Notes under the pieces: generated by a model
Told to the model about the DNA's origin: nothing
Databases searched by the model: none
The model's input: the letters and a program-made list of their open reading frames with translations, nothing else
Origin: a virus
Taxonomy: Duplodnaviria; Caudoviricetes
Length of the DNA: 64,000 nucleotides
IMG/VR virus record: IMGVR_UViG_3300032227_000993
Strand: one strand, 5' to 3'
Part shown: positions 40,232 through 47,583 of the stretch, one piece after another
How positions within the stretch are numbered: the stretch's first letter is position 1
Layout of the letters: each line of letters starts with the position of its first letter
Position numbers and translations under genes: made by a program

Positions 40232-42360
40232 ATCGGCATTTGACTGATCAACTGGGCAAATTTTTCATAGTAGTCTTTGCGCGGTAATAAACCTCGTACC
40301 TGTTGTTGACTTTGTAAAGATTGTGGATTTGATTTATTACGGTCAGTTGTATTGGAATACCACTGAACAAAGGGCATTTTAAAATCTAAACACAAGGCTT
40401 GATTATTCCACATACCCGGACTGCTTTGAGTTTTCTCACCGTTGTTGTTGTAGTAAAAGTGTTTATGGAAAAACTCAACATCAAGCAGTAAATCGCAACG
40501 GTCAATAACCAGCGATTTAATTATGATATTTTTATCACGTAAAATATTGCCATCAACATCGACTTCTGTATCGTTTGTACCTTTGTTGGTCATCTGTAGA
40601 CTCAAGCAATTTAATTTATGAAGATCAATTACAGGAACTTCAAACTCTATTAAATGCTCACCTTGATCAAGGCAGCGTTCAACTATGGTAGTGTCGTTAA
40701 TTTTTACCACCAAGTTGGGATTAGTTATGCAAGCATTTGCCTCTACACCAAGTTGAACAGTCAACGATTTTTTGCTGTTTAGTATAGATTCAACCACTTG
40801 GTCAACATCAGCAATGGGATCAAACTGTGAAGTGTCGCCCTGTGCGTTGATATCAAAAAATTTATTAAGTCCGTCTAAATTGGCACGTGCTGATTCGTAA
40901 ACAGATTGTAATAAACTAGTTTCTTCAAGTTCAACACTCATATCCAACTCATCACATAACTTACTTAAAATTAAACGTCGCTGTAGTCTTACCTTGCTGG
41001 TGTTACCTCTATTGTTTCTGGCAATCCATCCAAACATACCTAAATCGTGTTGTTGATGAATATTGATATTGTAATCTGCTGGCGTGCCTGGGAGCAAATT
41101 GTAGGGTATTCCCAATAGCATACCGCTGATAGTTCCTGATCTAATGTAGGGGATGAGTTTAATGATCATGTCGCAATGATCCATAAAGTCTTCGTGACGC
41201 TCACTCCAGTGGCCTACAAAACTTAACAAGGTACACGAAATACCGTAGCGTTTGAAATAGTCTAGCTCAAAGAACAAAGCTTCGACTGTAGTTTTTTTAT
41301 CCATGTGGTCCAATACATAATTACTGCCGCTCTCGGCACCTATGGTCAAACCATGTCCTCCGCTTTTAACGATTGAGTCGTAGTATTGATCGATATCAGG
41401 CATATTCTGCATTTCTCGACAAATATATTGCCCAGTCCATGTGATGGGAATTGGAGCCACAGCATTATGTTGGATAAGTCTATTGATAAATTGTTTAAAA
41501 ATTTTCAAGCCGCCGTTACTCAAACTATCGGCCATTACAAATTTATTAATTTTAAATTTTTCTTGTAACGCAATTAGTTCTTCGGCAAATGCTACGCCGT
41601 CCTTGAACCGATACCGACCAAACTGTTTTTTAATATCGCAAAAATCACAGTCGCGTACACATCCGGTACTACCAATTACATCAAGCGACCGAACATTGTC
41701 GGGCCACTGGTATCTATCAAAATCATAATCGCTGTAGTCGGGCCAAGTGATATCTAAGTTGTCTCTTTTATTTTGTTTAGATTCGCTGGTGCCAGTAGCT
41801 AAAAACTCTAGCAGTGCATCTTCGGCATCGCCTATCACATAGTGTTTTACAAGGCCGCGATCTTTGAGTATGTAGACTAGGTCTGTTTTTACTTCAGAAC
41901 CTGTTATGTCTAATAAACTAATAGCTGTACTGGCTGGAAAGCAAGAGATGCCGCGTCCGCCAAGTACTATTCGATCAGTCATGCCTAATTTTTCAAATCG
42001 TCTTAATAAATCTATAGCAATTCGATGAGTGTAAACACTAAACACACTAAACCCAATGTATCTAGCATTGGCACTGATTACAGTATCAATAATGTAATCG
42101 TAAAATTCTTCTATCTGATTAATTTCGTCTGAATCAATCTCGGCACCTGGCACAATAAAATAATTTGATAGTCTGCTGGAAACATCAACGTTTCCTTTAC
42201 AACATACATGGAAAAAGTCACCAGAAAAATCAAAACATCTAGCACGGTACCCTGCTTCTTCGGCAATACCTTTTAAAATAGCTGGAGCCGAATAGATCCG
42301 ATCCATGCCTAGCGGTGGTAGCGAGCAGAATACTATGTCATAGTTGTAGTTATTATTCAT
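40228..42360 (-). CDS. B12-binding-type radical SAM protein with C-terminal extension
   Basis: N-term IGFSVF..VLGG..IGDAE; GCVRDCDFC; IGAESGS. Confidence 0.85.
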   Translation of the reverse strand: MNNNYNYDIVFCSLPPLGMDRIYSAPAILKGIAEEAGYRARCFDFSGDFFHVCCKGNVDVSSRLSNYFIVPGAEIDSDEINQIEEFYDYIIDTVISANARYIGFSVFSVYTHRIAIDLLRRFEKLGMTDRIVLGGRGISCFPASTAISLLDITGSEVKTDLVYILKDRGLVKHYVIGDAEDALLEFLATGTSESKQNKRDNLDITWPDYSDYDFDRYQWPDNVRSLDVIGSTGCVRDCDFCDIKKQFGRYRFKDGVAFAEELIALQEKFKINKFVMADSLSNGGLKIFKQFINRLIQHNAVAPIPITWTGQYICREMQNMPDIDQYYDSIVKSGGHGLTIGAESGSNYVLDHMDKKTTVEALFFELDYFKRYGISCTLLSFVGHWSERHEDFMDHCDMIIKLIPYIRSGTISGMLLGIPYNLLPGTPADYNINIHQQHDLGMFGWIARNNRGNTSKVRLQRRLILSKLCDELDMSVELEETSLLQSVYESARANLDGLNKFFDINAQGDTSQFDPIADVDQVVESILNSKKSLTVQLGVEANACITNPNLVVKINDTTIVERCLDQGEHLIEFEVPVIDLHKLNCLSLQMTNKGTNDTEVDVDGNILRDKNIIIKSLVIDRCDLLLDVEFFHKHFYYNNNGEKTQSSPGMWNNQALCLDFKMPFVQWYSNTTDRNKSNPQSLQSQQQVRGLLPRKDYYEKFAQLISQMPI

Positions 42361-42415
42361 TGATATTGGAAAAGAGTGTCAAATATTTATCTGACACTCT
42401 TGTAATGGTGTACTA

Positions 42416-42799
42416 CTAATTTAGTGGAAGGCCTCTTGCGGCCCTTCCACTACCTTTGTTTCTTGCGCTAAATGTATCAGTTTGGCTGTGACAGTTGGGA
42501 CATATTAATCTTAAATTCTCTGGATTGTTATTTCCAGCGTTTCCGTTGATATGATCAACTTGTAAAGTTAAAGGCTTATTGTTATGCTCGCTAATACCAC
42601 AGCAACTACATCTATAACCTTTAATTTCCGTTAACACTTTTCTAATAGTATTGCGATCACTTACTTCGCCACGATTAAATCTATTAATTGTTTTTGTAAA
42701 CATTCCTTTAGCACTACACCCATTACTACAATACACATTCATTTTGGAATGAGACCAATTAGATTTAATTCCACAACTTTTACAATTATATGTTTTCAT
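42416..42799 (-). CDS. HNH endonuclease
   Basis: CSCC..LQVDHINGN..NN..ENLRLICPNCH. Confidence 0.9.
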   Translation of the reverse strand: MKTYNCKSCGIKSNWSHSKMNVYCSNGCSAKGMFTKTINRFNRGEVSDRNTIRKVLTEIKGYRCSCCGISEHNNKPLTLQVDHINGNAGNNNPENLRLICPNCHSQTDTFSARNKGSGRAARGLPLN

Positions 42800-42813
42800 A
42801 ATTTTAAATAGAT

Positions 42814-42887
42814 TGGAGCGGGTAGCGAGAATCGAACTCGCGAATAGTCCTTGGCAAGGACTCGGGTTACCATTACATCATACCCGC
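42814..42887 (-). tRNA. tRNA-Gly(GCC)
   Basis: GCGGGTA/TACCCGC-T-CCA, TTGCCAA loop. Confidence 0.95.
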
Positions 42888-42895
42888 ACTAAATC

Positions 42896-43450
42896 TTAAT
42901 AGCTTACTAGTCTTGGACTAAAAGCAAAAGTTGCTGGGTAGTTGGCAATAAATGCCGCATTGGTTGGATCATTGATGTAGGCTGGATCAACCAAGGCACG
43001 GATATTCCAACCAAGATTAAGATACAGGCACTTGCCAAAGATATGTACAAAAAGAACATATTGAAACAGGCCTTGACCTTTGACCAACAAGTGACCAGGA
43101 TTCTGTTCATTACAGTTCAAATCACCCGACCAACTCATACCGTCTGTGCCATGTAGATACTTGACAGCAAAGCCATAAAACGGATTACGCCATAACCACT
43201 GGACCTTTGACCACCAGCAGGGATTATGAGCGGCACGGAATGTTTGGTCACCATCTAGGCTGTTGTCCGGCGTTTGCCACCAACCTAGCCAACTAAACAA
43301 GCGTGGACCCGACTCCCATACAGTACCATTGTTACACCAACCTGTTTGGGTGCTGTACATGATGCCAATAATAAAAGCAAGTGGGAATGTTAAAATAGTA
43401 CCAACTAAGTTAACAGGAACTAAGACTAAAAAGTATAAAAAATAGATCAT
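42896..43450 (-). CDS. hypothetical membrane-associated protein
   Basis: N-terminal TM, WWQTPDNSLDGD, WLWRNPFYGF; start at MIYFLY after GGAG. Confidence 0.7.
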   Translation of the reverse strand: MIYFLYFLVLVPVNLVGTILTFPLAFIIGIMYSTQTGWCNNGTVWESGPRLFSWLGWWQTPDNSLDGDQTFRAAHNPCWWSKVQWLWRNPFYGFAVKYLHGTDGMSWSGDLNCNEQNPGHLLVKGQGLFQYVLFVHIFGKCLYLNLGWNIRALVDPAYINDPTNAAFIANYPATFAFSPRLVSY

Positions 43451-43500
43451 AAAATCTCCTTGTGAACTATTTAATGTGTTGTGCAACCTGATTAAAATAA

Positions 43501-43574
43501 TGGAGCGGGATATCGGAATCGAACCGATGACCGAAGATTGGAAATCTGCTGTTTTGCCCCTAAACTAATCCCGC
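43501..43574 (-). tRNA. tRNA-Gly(TCC)
   Basis: GCGGGAT/ATCCCGC-T-CCA, TTTCCAA loop. Confidence 0.93.
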
Positions 43575-43575
43575 A

Positions 43576-43650
43576 TGGTGGGCCTTCTAAGAATTGAACT
43601 TAGACTCCAACGATTATGAGTCGTTTGCTTTACCATTAAGCTAAAGGCCC
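43576..43650 (-). tRNA. tRNA-CAT, probably Ile2 (lysidine type)
   Basis: GGGCCTT/AAGGCCC-A-CCA, AACGA-CTCATAA-TCGTT, resembles bacterial Ile2; elongator Met not excluded. Confidence 0.85.
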
Positions 43651-43657
43651 AACAAAT

Positions 43658-43731
43658 TGGCTCCGAGCCAGGGAATTGAACCCCATCCAACAGGTTTGGA
43701 GTCTGCTGTGCTACCGTAACACTTGCCCGGA
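43658..43731 (-). tRNA. tRNA-Trp(CCA)
   Basis: CTCCAAA loop, G73, CCA. Confidence 0.88.
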
Positions 43732-43842
43732 ATTGTTAGGTGAGAGTTATCCTCTCAAAACCGTACCTTACAGCGTCCTGTAAGTTCACTAGTAAATCCT
43801 AGTTATCAAAGTGAGCATTGTTAAGAGGCTTGACCGGGTGTT

Positions 43843-43916
43843 TGGTTGCGGGTCCTGGAATCGCACCAGGGACTAGAGCTTATGAGACTCTCGAGATACT
43901 CCTTCTCCAACCCGCG
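43843..43916 (-). tRNA. initiator-like tRNA-Met(CAT)
   Basis: C1:A72 mismatch, CTCATAA loop; lacks three G-C pairs; T-loop TGCGATT. Confidence 0.85.
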
Positions 43917-43922
43917 ATAGAT

Positions 43923-43998
43923 TGGTGGAGGTGACAGGACTTGAACCCGCTACATCCTGCTTGCAAAGCAGGCGCTCTACCAGATGAGCTACACCCCC
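43923..43998 (-). tRNA. tRNA-Ala(TGC)
   Basis: GGGGGTG/CACCTCC G3:U70, TTTGCAA loop. Confidence 0.95.
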
Positions 43999-44006
43999 AA
44001 ATAATT

Positions 44007-44081
44007 TGGTACACCCTAGGAGAATCGAACTCCTCTTCCGCCCGTGAAAGGGGCGTGTCCTAACCGATAGACGAAGGGTGC
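44007..44081 (-). tRNA. tRNA-Glu(TTC)
   Basis: CGCCC-CTTTCAC-GGGCG, CCA. Confidence 0.95.
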
Positions 44082-44245
44082 TAAGTGCCCGGCTACGCTT
44101 ATGTCGTGCGCCCCGGGCTAGGAATAATCATCGTTAGCTAGATCCGCTCTAGCTGGCGTGATAGATTTAAGTCTAACCTATCCAACCCTTGACTTTCTGG
44201 CAAGTCCGCAACCCCCGATTAAACCCCCGAGCAGGGTGACATTCT
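44082..44245 (-). ncRNA. candidate structured ncRNA between tRNA-Tyr and tRNA-Glu
   Basis: GC-rich, four hairpins, no convincing ORF. Confidence 0.45.
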
Positions 44246-44329
44246 TGGTGGAGAATACTGGGATCGAACCAGTCATGCCGTAGGCGCCGGATTTACAGTC
44301 CAGTGCATCACCATTGATGCTTCTTCTCC
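44246..44329 (-). tRNA. tRNA-Tyr(GTA)
   Basis: CTGTAAA loop, long variable arm, CCA. Confidence 0.95.
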
Positions 44330-44330
44330 A

Positions 44331-44442
44331 TATAGTAAAGCGCACTCAATCCTAGAAGTTTCGAACCTTCTAAGTAACCCGCGGAAGGTGTACCGGTAAG
44401 ACTCCGCATTTATGTATTAAGTGGCAAGTGCGCTTTACTATA
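44331..44442 (-). ncRNA. candidate ncRNA closed by a 16-bp perfect stem with a T-loop hairpin
   Basis: TATAGTAAAGCGCACT...AGTGCGCTTTACTATA; internal GCGGA/TCCGC and TAGAAG-GTTCGAAA-CTTCTA. Confidence 0.55.
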
Positions 44443-44505
44443 CACTAATTTTTTGTTCTACAAGAAGAACTCCATCCTAGTGCCCGCCCGTTTGTGTTAA
44501 GTTAT

Positions 44506-44535
44506 AGTGTAACACAGGACCTCGTTTCCTGTCAA
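44506..44535 (-). promoter_or_regulatory. sigma70-like promoter with an inverted repeat in the spacer
   Basis: TTGACA-N18-TACACT; ACAGGA/TCCTGT palindrome. Confidence 0.55.
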
Positions 44536-44551
44536 CCACTTATCTTGCTGT

Positions 44552-44722
44552 TTAATCTTCGATTTGAAAATAAACAGCGTCTCGTGCCTGGATCATTTCC
44601 TTGGCACGTTGGATCTTGTTTTGAAACAGTCTGGTCTTCATTTCTTCAGTCAGCGTTAAGTTACTGACTTCCCAGGCTTGTTTTACAACTCGATCGTTTA
44701 GATTACTGTAATCTATTGTCAT
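44552..44722 (-). CDS. small hypothetical protein (56 aa)
   Basis: Not in track; AAGGA RBS; MTIDYSNLNDRVVKQAWEV... Confidence 0.6.
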   Translation of the reverse strand: MTIDYSNLNDRVVKQAWEVSNLTLTEEMKTRLFQNKIQRAKEMIQARDAVYFQIED

Positions 44723-44736
44723 ACATTTCCTTTCAT

Positions 44737-44767
44737 AAAAAAAGCCCCTAACTACTTAGAGGCTTTT
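44737..44767 (-). terminator. intrinsic terminator (attenuator)
   Basis: AAAAGCCTCTAA-GTAG-TTAGGGGCTTTTTTT. Confidence 0.8.
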
Positions 44768-44803
44768 GAATAATAAACAAATACACACTACTATTCAAAC
44801 GCC
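44761..44803 (-). promoter_or_regulatory. antiterminator hairpin
   Basis: GGCGTTTGAATA pairs with TATTCAAAAGCC (11/12), overlapping the terminator 5' arm. Confidence 0.65.
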
Positions 44804-44892
44804 TTGACTCCTAGTTCTACGCCGCAACCATTGGCCCACACCCCAATTTGATTAGGAAGTATTGTTAAGAGTGTATATATTAAATGTTTCAT
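44791..44892 (-). CDS. putative leader peptide (33 aa)
   Basis: MKHLIYTLLTILPNQIGVWANGCGVELGVKAFE between a consensus promoter and a terminator. Confidence 0.6.
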   Translation of the reverse strand: MKHLIYTLLTILPNQIGVWANGCGVELGVKAFE

Positions 44893-44901
44893 AATAGTGT
44901 T

Positions 44902-44930
44902 ATTGTACTAGGTTATTTATCTTTTGTCAA
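44902..44930 (-). promoter_or_regulatory. sigma70 promoter
   Basis: TTGACA-N17-TACAAT. Confidence 0.8.
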
Positions 44931-44958
44931 CCTGTATTTTACCATAAATATCGACTCA

Positions 44959-45975
44959 ATGCTCAAACTCCACGAAATACAACAACTTCAGATAGAATTA
45001 ACCACTAGATGCAATGCTCGCTGTCCTTTGTGTATGCGAAACTATCGCGGTATGGAACACAACGATGGTTATCCAGAAACAGAACTACGCTTGGCAGATA
45101 TCCAGCGGATGTTCCCCGCAGAATTTCTAAAACAAATCAAACGGATACTGTTCAACGGTAATCTTGGAGATTTTGGTCTGGCCAAAGACAGCATAGAAAT
45201 AGTAAAATATTTTTTAGCCAACGGCATCAAAGAAATTGATATTTCCACCAACGGAAGTATGCGAACCACAGATTGGTGGGCACAATTAGCCTTACCAGGA
45301 GTTACTGTAGGGTTTGCTCTGGATGGCATGGCCGACACACACCATTTGTACAGACAAGACACAGACTGGCACAAAATTATTGAAAACGCTCAAGCTCTAA
45401 TACAGGCTGGCGGACGTGCTGTATGGCGTTTCATTCCATTTGATCACAATCGACATCAGATGGAAACTTGCCGGGCATTTTCAAAACAATTGGGATTTGT
45501 TGATTTTCAGGACATTGGGCATGGAAGAAATCGAACTTATGTCTACAATCGTACTGGCGAGTACAGTCATCTTATCGGCGAACCGTTTCAGCCATCGGAC
45601 TTGACCGACCCGCCCAAGATACAACAACTGGTAGAGCATCATCTTACTTGGTTTGATCCAAAAACATTCAAACAAGAACAAGACACCAGCGATTTGGAAA
45701 TTGATTGCCATCATAAACGATTCAAGGAACTGTATGTAGCTGCCAATGGAGAAGTGTATCCCTGCTGTTTTCTTGGCTTTTATCCGCAGACAATGCATCA
45801 TCCAGGCAATGTACAATTAAAACCTATTGTAAAACAAAACAATGCGTTGCACTACAGTTTAGAAACGTGTATTGAGTGGTTCAACGACGTAGAGGAATCA
45901 TGGCATCGCGAAAGCATTGCCGACGGTAGGATGTACATTTGTGTCAATACCTGTGCCGTAAAAAAAGCACCCTAG
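44959..45975 (+). CDS. radical SAM protein with C-terminal SPASM-like domain
   Basis: CNARCPLC, NGNLGD, GEVYPCCF..C..TC; start MLKLH after TAAATA at 44945. Confidence 0.9.
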   Translation: MLKLHEIQQLQIELTTRCNARCPLCMRNYRGMEHNDGYPETELRLADIQRMFPAEFLKQIKRILFNGNLGDFGLAKDSIEIVKYFLANGIKEIDISTNGSMRTTDWWAQLALPGVTVGFALDGMADTHHLYRQDTDWHKIIENAQALIQAGGRAVWRFIPFDHNRHQMETCRAFSKQLGFVDFQDIGHGRNRTYVYNRTGEYSHLIGEPFQPSDLTDPPKIQQLVEHHLTWFDPKTFKQEQDTSDLEIDCHHKRFKELYVAANGEVYPCCFLGFYPQTMHHPGNVQLKPIVKQNNALHYSLETCIEWFNDVEESWHRESIADGRMYICVNTCAVKKAP

Positions 45976-45986
45976 GGTGCTTTTTT
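45961..45986. terminator. bidirectional terminator
   Basis: AAAAAAGCACC-CTA-GGGTGCTTTTTT between convergent genes. Confidence 0.8.
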
Positions 45987-46000
45987 GTTACATTTAAAAA

Positions 46001-46738
46001 TTATTCAAATGTTTTGGTTAATGTAGCTACCCAAGCATCTTTGTACAACTGCTGACCATTGACGGTATTAGCACGTTGATTCTGAGTAGTCATGCTTGTG
46101 TTTGTGTAATAACGAACACCAATATCCCAAGCCTTGGGTAATGTGTAAACAGCACCTACGTTGATATCATTATAACTTGCGTTACCATGATTAGCAACTG
46201 CTGTACGACCATAGTGAGCAACAAAACTCAAGTCTTTGAGTTTAGCTGTCAAAGGAGCGAACGATTGTTTAACATCGGCTTGATAGTATTGTGTACCAGC
46301 ACTATTATTCACACCAAAGTAATTACTAGTAGAACGACTGTACTTAAGAGCAACAGGACCATAACCTACGCCAGCATACAATTCTTGTGTGTTGAAGTTA
46401 GGATTTTTACCATTGGTAGCATTAGGATAAAAATAGTTATAAGAACCAACATCGATTGTTAGACCCTTGTAAATATCTTTCTTGTATCCAGCATAGATGT
46501 CTGACTCTACACCAGCGCCGTTTGTATACAGTTGGCTAGAAACACTACTGTTCCAGTTACCAATGTACAAACCGCTTGAGTGAGTGTAGTCGATACCACC
46601 TTGTACTGCTGGGCCATTTTGAGTTTGACTGATACCACGGAAACGGTAATCACTTGCCAAACCTAAATTGCCTGTTACTTGTGCGTGGGCAGAAGTGATA
46701 CCTGCAATCGCAAACAATGCTAATAATAATTTTTTCAT
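46001..46738 (-). CDS. TorF/TIGR02001-type outer-membrane beta-barrel protein
   Basis: Signal peptide, SDYRFRGISQT..PAVQGG.DY, E.D.YAGY, C-terminal F. Confidence 0.85.
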   Translation of the reverse strand: MKKLLLALFAIAGITSAHAQVTGNLGLASDYRFRGISQTQNGPAVQGGIDYTHSSGLYIGNWNSSVSSQLYTNGAGVESDIYAGYKKDIYKGLTIDVGSYNYFYPNATNGKNPNFNTQELYAGVGYGPVALKYSRSTSNYFGVNNSAGTQYYQADVKQSFAPLTAKLKDLSFVAHYGRTAVANHGNASYNDINVGAVYTLPKAWDIGVRYYTNTSMTTQNQRANTVNGQQLYKDAWVATLTKTFE

Positions 46739-46846
46739 TCTAAATTTCCTTTATGTTTTGTACTGCTTAGACTTATATTTAGTGGGCCAACAACAGATCA
46801 ACAAATTTTACAGTAAAAGCAGCGCAATAATTTACATATTTAGGCA

Positions 46847-46870
46847 AAACAAAACCCGCCGAAGCGGGTT
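46847..46870 (-). terminator. terminator of the tmRNA gene
   Basis: AACCCGC-TTCG-GCGGGTT followed by TTGTTTT. Confidence 0.85.
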
Positions 46871-46874
46871 AAGT

Positions 46875-47230
46875 GGTAGTTTCTGTTACGAGGCATTTCC
46901 TGCCCTAAGCAGTGATTAAACTGCTAAAGATTGGCGTTGTGCTGAACGAGCAGAGAACTTAACGTTCTTACCTGAAACAGTTACTTCGCCTGTAGATGTT
47001 TTTGCATTTACAAAGTTTGCTTGATTTACAGTCATCGCCTACTGTGTTGCCTCTTTCGCTATCTCGCCATGTCGAAACCGGTCGGACCCAACAAAGCATA
47101 CTGTGTGGATCTTACGATGGGCCCTCGAAGGGTTGTCCCCACACTCCAGTAGACAATATGCTTTGGTGGATCCGGGGAGAATCGAACTCCCGTCCACAGC
47201 GCCTTCACTACGAAGGAATTACAACAATTC
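46875..47230 (-). ncRNA. ssrA: circularly permuted (two-piece) tmRNA
   Basis: Acceptor piece ending GGGAGTTCGATTCTCCC-CGGATCC-A-CCA (3' end 47164) precedes the coding piece starting GGGTCCG-ACCGGTTTCGAC (47089); G3:U70; tag frame 47005-46916. Confidence 0.9.
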
Positions 47231-47239
47231 TTTTAAAAC

Positions 47240-47479
47240 TTACAGAACGATTTCAGCACTTGCTGGATTGTACGAGGTAATGTATGTGATCCAAGCATCA
47301 GCAGCATTTGTATCTTTCCAAGTACGAGCAACAGTATATTGTGTTTGACCAAAAGTTCTAGTAGCAGCACCGTCGGTGTCGCCATTAGCAACTAATTGTG
47401 CAACATATTCTGTGATAGCAGTACTTTCGGCAGTTGTTGGAGTTCCGTTATTCCAAGTTACTAGTGTGTTAGTAGTCAT
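47240..47479 (-). CDS. hypothetical protein
   Basis: 79-aa T/A-rich ORF with AAGGA RBS. Confidence 0.65.
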   Translation of the reverse strand: MTTNTLVTWNNGTPTTAESTAITEYVAQLVANGDTDGAATRTFGQTQYTVARTWKDTNAADAWITYITSYNPASAEIVL

Positions 47480-47583
47480 ATAATATCCTTAATAATTATT
47501 CATCTTTTTCAAGATAATCTTTTAATTCAATAAGTGCGTAAATTAATACAGCACTCATAACAAACATTGCAAACATAACCATA

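Noticed and set aside
44082-44245. RNase P or SRP RNA identity (AGAAAGTC resembles RNase P CR-I)
   Set aside because: CR-V/P4 pairing and the SRP GGAA-loop motif are absent, and the segment is short; kept only as an unknown ncRNA.
44884-44958. N-terminal extension of the radical SAM ORF in the track
   Set aside because: Overlaps the divergent promoter and leader ORF; TAAATA at 44945 points to the ATG at 44959.
46996-47348. Plus-strand ORFs 46996-47280 and 47103-47348
   Set aside because: Antisense to the tmRNA; the peptides are reverse translations of tRNA-like sequence.
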